Part shown: one piece after another, positions 1 to 8,434 of the stretch | Position numbering within the stretch: position 1 is the stretch's first letter | Layout: the number at the start of each line of letters is the position of its first letter | Virus record (IMG/VR): IMGVR_UViG_3300045596_000094 | Span: 205,039 to 269,038 of that record | From: a virus | Taxonomy: Duplodnaviria; Caudoviricetes | DNA length: 64,000 nucleotides | Direction: 5' to 3' (one strand) | Notes under the pieces: model-generated | What the model saw: only the letters and a program-made list of their open reading frames with translations | What the model was told of the DNA's origin: nothing | Databases searched by the model: none | Program-made: the position numbers and the translations under genes

Positions 1-1550
1 ATACCTGTTTGATTCGGAGCAATGGTGGCTTTATCATCACTCACGGTACGGATAGTGCATTCGGCTAGACTGTTTCCATTACTGTCACGCATTGTGACAA
101 TTGAGTTGCCCGCTGAAGTTGTCGGTGTAGTAATAGTGAAATTACATTCGCAACGTGTTTCAATTGCGCCAGTAGCACCATTCCAATTGCTTTCCTTTGT
201 AACTGGAACAACCATCGAGTAGCTACCATTATTGTAAACTAATTGAGGTTTACCGTCCGAAACTGACTTCACCGTTTTATTGACTAAATCAACAACATAC
301 TCAAACGCATAGTTAACAATGAACTGTTGTCTAGAACCTGTAGATCTCCGAACATAGAAGTAAGCTGTACGCGATAGTTTTAAACCGATAGAACCATCAT
401 CGTACTGAAATACATCTAAGAACCGATCGAGTGATTGGCCAGATAAATCTAGCGCCTTGAATTCTAAATTCTCAGCTTTTACAATACTAAGGTCTAATTC
501 AGAACCAGCTACCCCGTATAATCCACCTGACAATACCACCGCAGAAATGTTATCTAACGTTGTGCCTTGGAATTGCGATTTAAAACCGGTTATTGGAAGT
601 AAGCTTAGTTTCCCATCAACACCATTCAATCCTTTTAACTTATAAATTAATAAAGATAAACGACGATCTGGTTTATCACCGAAGCTCGTGTCAAGGGGAG
701 AGATATCAAAACGGGTGATAAAAACTTCCCCATTCGATTCAAATGCCGTATATTTGAATTTAGCTTCTATTACCTCAGCATCTAACCCCTTAGCAACATG
801 TTTTGCATATAGGTTGTTCTCTTCCAAAAAGTAAGCGTGATGGTACGCGCCATCCAAACTTCCGTCAGTCACGACTACGGCTAATTCATCTTTACTGCGG
901 TCACCACTATAGTGTTTTAATTTGATAACTAATAATGTTTTAGATGAAGAGAAGATCTGACTTACCGTGTAGTCTGATGGATTATATCCTTCAGGTAAGT
1001 TAGGGATATATTTATCTTCGGTCGCAGTATACGTAACAACATCATTACCTTCAATGATACCCGAACCGTAGTTATACGTCGTGTCAAACCCATTAGTGAC
1101 TGGAACTAAAGTATTGAACCCACCATCTACAGTTGGCGATGCAAATGCAGCGCGCGCTAAACCATCAATAGGATAACTGAAGCCTGTAGCACCAGATCCA
1201 ATTGGTAGAGTTGCTCGAGATAAATTCCCAACCTGTGATACGTTAGTTAGTGCGGCGATAGCGTAGTTTTCCGACATCCACGGCATGTTTGCTCTTAAAG
1301 GATCGCTAGTGCCACCAGTACCTGTTAGACCACCGGCTGGATCCACTGTTCCTAGTTCGGAAGTAATTCCTGATGTTTTCAAATCTGCCATGATAGTTGT
1401 ATAAACCATCTGGATAGTTGTGTTTACTGTTTTATATCCAGCTAACCCCTGTGCCCATGGTTGAGCAATCAGAATAAGGTCAGCATCTTTTAACGCCCCA
1501 GCAGCAGGTTGCTGGGAAAACGGTTGTGTGTTCTTATCTAAACCAGCCAT
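1..1550 (-). CDS. Large virion structural protein, tail fibre/baseplate-like (partial, runs off the window start)
   Basis: Absent from the ORF track because it is truncated. ATG at 1550 gives MAGLDKNTQPFSQQPAAGALKDADLILIAQ..., and the frame is open where I translated it (e.g. ...KAENLEFKALDLSGQSLDRFLDVFQYDDGSIGLKLSRTAY...). Beta-rich composition; upstream CTATG late-promoter-like motif. Confidence 0.6.
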   Translation of the reverse strand, partial: MAGLDKNTQPFSQQPAAGALKDADLILIAQPWAQGLAGYKTVNTTIQMVYTTIMADLKTSGITSELGTVDPAGGLTGTGGTSDPLRANMPWMSENYAIAALTNVSQVGNLSRATLPIGSGATGFSYPIDGLARAAFASPTVDGGFNTLVPVTNGFDTTYNYGSGIIEGNDVVTYTATEDKYIPNLPEGYNPSDYTVSQIFSSSKTLLVIKLKHYSGDRSKDELAVVVTDGSLDGAYHHAYFLEENNLYAKHVAKGLDAEVIEAKFKYTAFESNGEVFITRFDISPLDTSFGDKPDRRLSLLIYKLKGLNGVDGKLSLLPITGFKSQFQGTTLDNISAVVLSGGLYGVAGSELDLSIVKAENLEFKALDLSGQSLDRFLDVFQYDDGSIGLKLSRTAYFYVRRSTGSRQQFIVNYAFEYVVDLVNKTVKSVSDGKPQLVYNNGSYSMVVPVTKESNWNGATGAIETRCECNFTITTPTTSAGNSIVTMRDSNGNSLAECTIRTVSDDKATIAPNQTG

Positions 1551-1602
1551 AATCGTTGTCTCAAAATAAGCAATTCATAGGATATCGAAGCGACGGCATA
1601 AC

Positions 1603-1633
1603 TCCAGTAGATGGGAAATACCCCATCTACTGA
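1603..1633. terminator. Intrinsic terminator hairpin
   Basis: cagtagatggg-aaatac-cccatctactg inverted repeat just downstream of the 1641..1925 stop codon. Confidence 0.7.
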
Positions 1634-1640
1634 TGTTTGG

Positions 1641-1925
1641 TTATACCAATTTATTGTTCAAGAAGTTAATCTTTAAACCGTTATCTAAAGTGACTTCACC
1701 AGAGAAAGTTTTGTTAGCGACTTCCCAATGTGCCGGGGATTCCACTAGAATTGTATCGTCTGATTCATCTGCAAGATCGCCCGCGTCTACTGCGCGAATC
1801 GTATCACCCTCAATCGCATATGAAGCATCGATTTCACCTAAACCTGTACATGGGCACCAACCAGGGTTAATGCCTAAAGCCTGAGCCATTTCATGCGGGA
1901 TTTTAATTTGATCCGCTTTTGTCAT
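1641..1925 (-). CDS. Hypothetical protein (94 aa, CxxC)
   Basis: Last gene of an overlapping minus-strand operon; contains a CPCTG motif. Confidence 0.65.
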   Translation of the reverse strand: MTKADQIKIPHEMAQALGINPGWCPCTGLGEIDASYAIEGDTIRAVDAGDLADESDDTILVESPAHWEVANKTFSGEVTLDNGLKINFLNNKLV

Positions 1926-2397
1926 CTTCGGTAGTTCCTTCGTCTGTCACAACACCCACAGGGTCAGACTCCGATTCCACAATTGGTTCTTCAATTGTAT
2001 CACGACCTGAAATATCGATGCGCATAATTTTTTGTGGTTGTTTTCCAACTTCTGTTGGAAAGTATTGAATGTCAATTACATTCATACGTTTAATAAGTGT
2101 AAACTGTAATGTACCTAACCCGTTATTTGTAGCGAGCAGTGCTGCTAAAGTCAAATCCCCCATAACGGATGTAGACTTTACTGAGTCAATAGTAAACATT
2201 CCAGCTGCATTTAGATTTTCATCTAAGGTTACTAAATCTTCCTGAGTTAGTTCAAGCGTATCTAGTAATGCAAATAAATTTCTTGAGATGACCGTATCTG
2301 GGATCAACTCTCGGTTTTTGCTAAACATCAGATTTCTCCAATTTACGTCATAGATATAGTGATTGCATAAACGAGTGTGGGGTAAACCCACACTCAA
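1903..2397 (-). CDS. Hypothetical protein, acidic C-terminus (start may be downstream, MFSKNREL)
   Basis: ORF packed tightly between its neighbours. Confidence 0.65.
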   Translation of the reverse strand: MSVGLPHTRLCNHYIYDVNWRNLMFSKNRELIPDTVISRNLFALLDTLELTQEDLVTLDENLNAAGMFTIDSVKSTSVMGDLTLAALLATNNGLGTLQFTLIKRMNVIDIQYFPTEVGKQPQKIMRIDISGRDTIEEPIVESESDPVGVVTDEGTTEDDKSGSN

Positions 2398-2401
2398 TCT
2401 A

Positions 2402-2935
2402 TTATGCTTCCACTAATTCCTTAACCGTTTTAGTTTTAGCAGATGCGAGGGTGTAGCTCTTCAGATACTTTTCAGTAATCTCCAGATGACGACTACCCAA
2501 ACTATTACCCCAGTCGTATTTCGGTTGACGGGGTGTTGCTACAAAAGAATCCTGATAAGAAGCAACATCAAAAGGAACTTCTATTGTAATAGCCCCACCA
2601 GGCAACCCTTCAATAACAACCAAAGCCGAAGCTGCAGTAGGCGTCCCGAATTGTTCTGGCTCTTCACCAACCTTACCATTCTTACGCCACTGATTCCAAT
2701 ACGGGAGTTCAGGACGAACGTAATTGAAACGTAGTGATGCTTGAACGAAAGGTGCGTTTGGTGCGTAATCTACGTCTTCACGTAGATAAACTGCGAAGTG
2801 TTTCTTCGCAGTAATGTTGGCTTGCATTTCTTCTTTTAAAGACTGGATTAAAGGGAGAACTGCTTCGCCATAAATCTTTTCAATGATCTTAGTAGCGTTA
2901 TACGTTACTAGGTTCACATGGGTTTGTGTTGCCAT
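2402..2935 (-). CDS. Hypothetical protein (177 aa)
   Basis: ORF with phage-like codon usage in an operon arrangement. Confidence 0.75.
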   Translation of the reverse strand: MATQTHVNLVTYNATKIIEKIYGEAVLPLIQSLKEEMQANITAKKHFAVYLREDVDYAPNAPFVQASLRFNYVRPELPYWNQWRKNGKVGEEPEQFGTPTAASALVVIEGLPGGAITIEVPFDVASYQDSFVATPRQPKYDWGNSLGSRHLEITEKYLKSYTLASAKTKTVKELVEA

Positions 2936-3710
2936 GATCCGTACCTTCAGTTTCTGTAGACTTGTCTATAGGATTTGCCTTAGCATTTTGTTTTACGCTA
3001 GGCAACATAGACTCACCCTTTAACCAATGTAATTTCAAACGTTCTGGTGAAATTTCTTGCCAACGCCAAATCGCATTAATAGCGACATTACCCGCTTTCA
3101 CACGCACACAAGGAACAGTGGTTGCAACATTAATTACTTTTGTTGGATCTTTCGGATTGATCACTTGGTGATTTAAACACTCGTACCAACCATAGATAGT
3201 TTCACGATTAGTTTGCGCTTTAATAGCGATGCGTTCACCTTTGAAGATACGTTCAACAGGAAGAGCATCATAACGCCAATTCGGATCTTTATCGGTTTCT
3301 GGTTCGCGTTCAGCCAACGCTTCACGAGGGATAGCAGAGAAGTTATTGCGGATACCGATAATGCCATTTTGCAAAATAAATTCCACAACATTATCTAGAT
3401 TACGTTCTTGCAAAACATGGTATTCGAAATTCTCAACAAACTCATGTGTGTGCGCTACCGTTTTGATGTGCGCGTTTCGTAACGGAGCCAGTAAATTGAC
3501 GATAGCGGTTTTACGCCCTTCTTCATCTAGCTCCTCACTTTTCATGATGTTGATCATGCCATCAGTTACAACGTTCCAAGCAGCACCCAAACACTGCATT
3601 ACAAAATCCGCGTTAGAAACCGGCGGGAAATAATCTTTTTGTTCTTCTGATACGTTTGGAATTTCTTTAAAATCAGCGTCTACGATTTCTTGAGCTTTAG
3701 GGTCTAACAT
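2898..3710 (-). CDS. Hypothetical protein (~270 aa; start re-called at MLDPKAQ)
   Basis: AAGGA Shine-Dalgarno before ATG 3710. The longer ORF-track start crosses a terminator and poly-T run. Confidence 0.75.
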   Translation of the reverse strand: MLDPKAQEIVDADFKEIPNVSEEQKDYFPPVSNADFVMQCLGAAWNVVTDGMINIMKSEELDEEGRKTAIVNLLAPLRNAHIKTVAHTHEFVENFEYHVLQERNLDNVVEFILQNGIIGIRNNFSAIPREALAEREPETDKDPNWRYDALPVERIFKGERIAIKAQTNRETIYGWYECLNHQVINPKDPTKVINVATTVPCVRVKAGNVAINAIWRWQEISPERLKLHWLKGESMLPSVKQNAKANPIDKSTETEGTDHGNTNPCEPSNV

Positions 3711-3766
3711 GAGAGAGGTTTCCTTATTAATCGAGTTTAAACCATAGTAATACATGGCAATACAAA

Positions 3767-3816
3767 AAAAAAATAGATAGAACAATATTGACCACATCGC
3801 CGAAGCGATGGGTCAA
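3767..3816 (-). terminator. Intrinsic terminator with UUCG tetraloop
   Basis: Minus strand reads ttgacccatcgc-TTCG-gcgatgtggtcaa, followed by a T-rich tract ending in T9. Confidence 0.85.
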
Positions 3817-3819
3817 ATT

Positions 3820-4356
3820 GGTTTGTTCACTACTTCGTTCAGTTACCCCTAACACCTTACATATGGCCACTATGTCTAGAACATAGTTACTGTGTATCTT
3901 AGGCATTCATACTTTCTCAGTGTAGGGTTGATCTGTTGTCTTCTAAAAGACTATATAGAAAGAGATAACTCTTTTGTTCCCGCATTTAAGGGATTGGCTA
4001 TTTATTAAGTTTTTGAAGTAGTAAGTCGTTATCTATTTTAGATATCAGTTTGACCTATACTCGTCCATACGAAATCCTCTTTTCCGCGGTACTGAGTATT
4101 TCAAAAGGTAAGCAGAAATCTTTAAATAAATGCTCCACTATTACAGGATAATAATGGAGTTTCTCCAAAGGGAAAGGTGTGTAGAACAACTCAAACATTT
4201 CACAGATACTGGGGAAGCTATAACATTCTTCCCTAAACTCATCTGCGATTGATCTAACCCCCACACCTTCAAACACCTCGGAGAGCGCATCTAACAATCT
4301 AGATGTGATACGACCACTACCGAGTACGACTACTTGGATAGTGGTTTACCTGCAAA
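3820..4356 (-). ncRNA. Candidate large structured non-coding RNA (or highly structured 3' UTR), ~530 nt
   Basis: No credible ORF in an otherwise gene-dense genome. Multiple nested helices: 4313-4319/4339-4345, 4262-4269/4174-4181, 4212-4217/4228-4233, 4015-4022/3829-3836, 3920-3927/3847-3855, 3869-3875/3881-3887. Ends at the UUCG terminator. Confidence 0.55.
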
Positions 4357-4824
4357 TTATTTCAATAATTCAGCAGCAGCTTCAGCAATACCAGATTTGA
4401 TACGGTTAATTGCAGCACCATTTTTAGTTGTTTGTTTAACAGTAGTATAACCAACAACTTCTTTGATTGTCGCTTCTTGACCTTTTTCTTTAGGTGGGAT
4501 AGAAACTTGACCCACACGTTTAACAGTAACGTCAACAACAGAACTACCGATTTTAGTAGAAGCATTTACGTGAGAGAGTTCAGCATTTGTTTTTAATACG
4601 TCAAGACCTTTTGTACCGCCCGCATGTACAAAAGCTTCTTTATAAAGAACGTCGTGTTTATGTACGCCATCTGCTTGTTCAACACCAGTCTCACCAAATG
4701 TTTCTGGCAGTGTACCATTGTAGGTATCTTTGTCAGAAGCAAAAGTAAGTTCAGAGCCAGTTACTTGGAACTGTTCTTGAAGAGATGCAGAAAGATCAAG
4801 GTAAGAAGTTTTAGCGTTAGACAT
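4357..4824 (-). CDS. Hypothetical protein (155 aa), probably highly expressed
   Basis: GGAG RBS; strongly biased codons (GCT/ACT/GGT/AAA); upstream partial early-promoter motif at ~4934-4976. Confidence 0.85.
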   Translation of the reverse strand: MSNAKTSYLDLSASLQEQFQVTGSELTFASDKDTYNGTLPETFGETGVEQADGVHKHDVLYKEAFVHAGGTKGLDVLKTNAELSHVNASTKIGSSVVDVTVKRVGQVSIPPKEKGQEATIKEVVGYTTVKQTTKNGAAINRIKSGIAEAAAELLK

Positions 4825-4989
4825 CGTGTCTACTCCAGTTTGAGATTTTAGAGAGTTTAATAAAACGTGTTACAATTACATAAGAACTACCACGCCATTT
4901 ATTTTTAACGTGATAGTTGATATTTACATTACACTACATAAGGATAGTGTAGATGTATAATTTGTTTATCTTTGAATTTGGATATTCTT

Positions 4990-5547
4990 TTACCACAAAC
5001 TACGAAGATTCACCGCTTGCGGATTGCCAACATGCATTTGGGTTCCTTGTTGGATTGCAGCGCGTTGTTTAGCAGCTTCAATCAATAGAGAATTGTGTTT
5101 GAAAGTCATCTCTACGATTTTGGCAAATGTTGTTTCTACACCAAAGAATGATCCAGAGATAGCTTGAAGCAGTTCCTGACGGGGAACACGATTCAGGTCA
5201 TAGAACAAGGCATTTTTAGTCACACACTGGATATCAGTATCTTCGATACTTTTGACAATGTCTGATGGGAATGGTGACCAGCGTTGATTTGAACATACCA
5301 GCCACGGCTCATGCGACGATTGTTCTGATTTCGGTAATACAAGAATAGCTAGGTGTTTAAACTTTGCTGTGAGGTGTTCCATTAGTGAAAAGAACGTAGC
5401 TTGGAGAGCCGGTTCAAAATCCACAGTATAGTAACCAATCACACAACCGTCTTCTTCAGAATATAGGCGAATTTCAGCAGCACCTGAGAACTCCATTACC
5501 GCTTTGTCTGGGTTAATGCTTTGTTTAATAATGTCTTGTACGTTCAT
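4990..5547 (-). CDS. Hypothetical protein, paralog family member 1
   Basis: Motifs IRLYSEEDGCVIGYY and TAKFKHLAIL...W...W are shared with 5953..6417 and 6457..6965. Confidence 0.8.
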   Translation of the reverse strand: MNVQDIIKQSINPDKAVMEFSGAAEIRLYSEEDGCVIGYYTVDFEPALQATFFSLMEHLTAKFKHLAILVLPKSEQSSHEPWLVCSNQRWSPFPSDIVKSIEDTDIQCVTKNALFYDLNRVPRQELLQAISGSFFGVETTFAKIVEMTFKHNSLLIEAAKQRAAIQQGTQMHVGNPQAVNLRSLW

Positions 5548-5604
5548 GTTAAATACCTTATAAAGTTAGATATGGTGTTCGAGATATTGAGGGGTAGTTA
5601 TTAC

Positions 5605-5937
5605 CTACCCTTGGATGCGGATATCTTTAAAGCTTTCCAAGTAACGTGAAGTTACAAGGTGTTTCTCAGTAACCACTGGATCATCGGTAGGGTGTAACGG
5701 GTTAGTCAACATGATCGTTACAGCGTGGGTGTCGTGAATCTGGTTCACATCACGAGCTGTGTTGATTATTTCTGCTTTACCGTAGTTCTTTACCGTAACC
5801 GCCATGCTTGAATGGTTAAGTACAGTTTGCATTTTACCAGAAGAGTGTGTGGTGCCAAATAATGATTCTAAAGTTTTCATTTTGATTACCTTGTGTTCTG
5901 TATTAAAGATAGAGTTAAAATCGTTAATATCGTACAT
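5605..5937 (-). CDS. Hypothetical protein (start possibly MKTLESLF at 5880)
   Basis: ORF within the early cluster. Confidence 0.65.
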   Translation of the reverse strand: MYDINDFNSIFNTEHKVIKMKTLESLFGTTHSSGKMQTVLNHSSMAVTVKNYGKAEIINTARDVNQIHDTHAVTIMLTNPLHPTDDPVVTEKHLVTSRYLESFKDIRIQG

Positions 5938-5952
5938 GAAAAAAACCCCTAC

Positions 5953-6417
5953 TTAAGCCAGCGCTGTGTAAATATAAGTAAACGTTGAATCAGCGATGTC
6001 AGCAGCAGGGAAAGATTCTAGAAACTTTTTTCGATAATGTCGATTGTTATCAAAACGCGACATCTCCAAATAGGTGAGTATACCCATATCTTTCCGAACG
6101 AGACCATCGATAAAGTTACGCTCTAACCCATCCCATTGTTGATCGATTACTACCCATTGTAACGCACTGAGATGTCCATCGCCGAGATAAGCAACATCAG
6201 GCTGGATTAGTACAACAATGTGTGGAAATTTGGCAGTAAATTTATTAATCCTTTTCATGAACTTTTTAGAGGTTAGCGGTACTGCTATATTGTAACGGCC
6301 AATAACGACATTGTCGAGAGTACAGAATAATAACAAAGTGATAGGTCGATATGATTCACCATCGAAGTTTTTAGGTAGATCGGTAATTGCATTTTTGATA
6401 GAAGTTAAAGAGTTCAT
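5953..6417 (-). CDS. Hypothetical protein, paralog family member 2
   Basis: AAGGA RBS; motifs LLLFCTLDNVVIGRY and TAKFPHIVVL...W...W. Confidence 0.8.
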   Translation of the reverse strand: MNSLTSIKNAITDLPKNFDGESYRPITLLLFCTLDNVVIGRYNIAVPLTSKKFMKRINKFTAKFPHIVVLIQPDVAYLGDGHLSALQWVVIDQQWDGLERNFIDGLVRKDMGILTYLEMSRFDNNRHYRKKFLESFPAADIADSTFTYIYTALA

Positions 6418-6456
6418 GGTAATTCCTTATTAAAGAGAAGGTTTAAAATATTAAAA

Positions 6457-6965
6457 TTACTTCGGATACTGCATGGTTTGTAATTGGTGAGCAACCATGT
6501 TTTTACCTGAATGGAAAGCTGCTGTAATAGTTTGATCCAGTAACCCACAAGTGCTAAATCCATTGCTGCTAAATTCGCAACGTATCGTTGTTTCTCTGAG
6601 AATAGCGGGTATGTGATTAACGAATAAGTACACTGTATCCTGCGTAACATTACTGTAAGTACTAAGATTCACACCTAACCAAATACCATTTAAACACATA
6701 AAGAAATTATTATCGTTGATAATTACATTATTTCTTGAAGTCAGGACAATATACTCGGGGTGTTGCTTGGTGAAAGTCTCCGCATATTGTTTAAACTCGT
6801 TCAGGTGTTTGTCGCAGTTATCTAAAGAATAGATGCCCACAATCATGTCTTCTTTTTAGAAAAAAGATAGATGTGGTTGATAATGCGGTTATTTGCGGTC
6901 AAAGAAACAACACCCTCAACGAGGTTTGTTGTAAGTTGGGTGTAACGTGATGATTTATTAGTCAT
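6457..6965 (-). pseudogene. Paralog family member 3, split by a -1 frameshift near 6853-6858 (pseudogene, assembly error or programmed shift)
   Basis: A 40-codon ORF from ATG 6965 (good RBS) ends ...HIYLFSKKKT*. One extra A joins it to 6457..6846, giving IYLFSKKEDMIVGIY, which aligns without gaps to the two paralogs. Confidence 0.65.
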
Positions 6966-7007
6966 GTTTAATTCCTTAAAGTGAGTTTAAAAGATAATTT
7001 ATATTAC

Positions 7008-7050
7008 CTTATTCAAAATGATAGTGTATAATTGTTTTTATTTTAGATTA
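7008..7050 (-). promoter_or_regulatory. Putative early (virion RNAP) promoter, divergent copy
   Basis: Shares the caaaatgatagtgtata core with the 49349 copy; lies upstream of the early paralog cluster. Confidence 0.6.
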
Positions 7051-7074
7051 GATTTTTAGACAGCATAAATAACC

Positions 7075-7096
7075 CCATAGCCTCGAAAGGCTATAA
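7075..7096. terminator. Terminator hairpin
   Basis: atagcc-tcgaaa-ggctat, flanked by GCATA/TATG motifs. Confidence 0.55.
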
Positions 7097-7107
7097 GGAT
7101 AATTATG

Positions 7108-7602
7108 TTATTTTTGATGTGAACATAAACCGCGACCAATTGCCTTTTCTAAGCAAATGACTCTTACTCGAAAAGTAGGACCAAAACTTAATAACCTTAA
7201 CTCATTAAGCAACATCCTCTGCCAGAGCTCAACTGTTCGTATTAGCTCTAACCCTTCATCTGCACTGAACTCTGTTTTTCCATAGAACGTTTTTAGCTGT
7301 ATTCGCTTGACCAGAAAATGTATCATCAAACGAAGCTCCATAACCCCATATGTCTTCCGAAGAACAACTAACTCGCTATAGATGTGTTGCCATATCCAAA
7401 CCCGTTCTGCGTCTGTGAGCAAGACAGTACGCACAAAGGTGGAGGTCATTAGATAGATGATAAACATCGCAGCTAATACACGAATACCCATAAGTAAACA
7501 ACACTTTCGTTTGAATACTAAGAATAAAGCAACAACTAAAACTAAGCAGTACAGATAAATAAGATTATCGGATTGCCCCAAGGACAAACCGATAGATCCC
7601 AT
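7108..7602 (-). CDS. Membrane protein (two predicted N-terminal TM segments); syntenic with phiKZ gp174
   Basis: Two hydrophobic stretches; position immediately downstream of the protease gene. Confidence 0.7.
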   Translation of the reverse strand: MGSIGLSLGQSDNLIYLYCLVLVVALFLVFKRKCCLLMGIRVLAAMFIIYLMTSTFVRTVLLTDAERVWIWQHIYSELVVLRKTYGVMELRLMIHFLVKRIQLKTFYGKTEFSADEGLELIRTVELWQRMLLNELRLLSFGPTFRVRVICLEKAIGRGLCSHQK

Positions 7603-7606
7603 TACA

Positions 7607-8386
7607 TTATTTCCAATGCGCAGAACGAGGAAGAACCGCAGCCCCTACAATCCCACGAGGAATTTCAGGTTGGCGTTTCAAGCGTTCTAAACGTTCAACA
7701 ATATCGTCAGATTCCATACCCGTAAACAAATCACGAGCACGTGCAATCGCATCGTTCAAGTTCTGTTGTGTAAAGGTGTGTAAATCTAATTGTTCTAGAG
7801 CAGGGTTATGGTATTTCGTAGCTTGCTCAATACCAGGCTCTATCACCCAATCGTAAGTTACAATTTCCTGCATTTCTTTGGTCAATACACCGTTTACTGG
7901 ATTAATGCGATCCATAGTGATTGAACGAATAGAGAATGCTGTATCTTGGTCGTTGTCATCCAAAGATAACCCTAGGCTTTCAGCAAACGGGCCAGCAGGT
8001 TTCAATCGAGCAAATACTGTAACGATGCGACCCCCGTCTTTATTACGGAACAGTGAGTCATCGATATGAAGTTCTTTGATGTGGTGAGAAACTGATTTCT
8101 CATCAATTGTTAATACGCGAATCATCCAGTCTTGTTTCGACATACCTGGGATTGGTTTTGGATGACCAGCTTCACCAAATAGTTTCTTACCGGCAATGCG
8201 GCGTTGAAAATGGTGTGAGCTATCAAAATGCGATTTGGCGGAATTGAAGGTATAATACGCCCCAGCGCTGTTATACGTATCAAATCCTCCAACGATCATA
8301 TCGTAATACCCGTCAGGATCACAACGAAGTTTTCCTTTCTTGGTAGTACCTTGAAGAATCGTTGGCTGATATGCGAAAGTAGCCAT
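7607..8386 (-). CDS. Prohead (head maturation) serine protease, phiKZ gp175-like
   Basis: Motifs GEAGHP, FSIRS and TYDWVIEPGI; C-terminal ALE/GME autocleavage-like sites; synteny with the vRNAP genes. Confidence 0.9.
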   Translation of the reverse strand: MATFAYQPTILQGTTKKGKLRCDPDGYYDMIVGGFDTYNSAGAYYTFNSAKSHFDSSHHFQRRIAGKKLFGEAGHPKPIPGMSKQDWMIRVLTIDEKSVSHHIKELHIDDSLFRNKDGGRIVTVFARLKPAGPFAESLGLSLDDNDQDTAFSIRSITMDRINPVNGVLTKEMQEIVTYDWVIEPGIEQATKYHNPALEQLDLHTFTQQNLNDAIARARDLFTGMESDDIVERLERLKRQPEIPRGIVGAAVLPRSAHWK

Positions 8387-8434
8387 GATTGTTCTCTGAA
8401 GATTTCTAAAGTGGGCAAATGCTCATAGCATTTA

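Noticed and set aside
4055-4297. 80-aa ORF inside the structured region
   Set aside because: TTG start without a clear RBS, unusual composition, and it coincides with nested helices. It is better explained as RNA structure, though not excluded.
3820-4356. tmRNA, RNase P RNA, tRNA cluster or group I/II intron
   Set aside because: No tRNA-like acceptor/T-arm ends, no GAGGAAAGUCC RNase P motif, and no interrupted flanking gene were seen.
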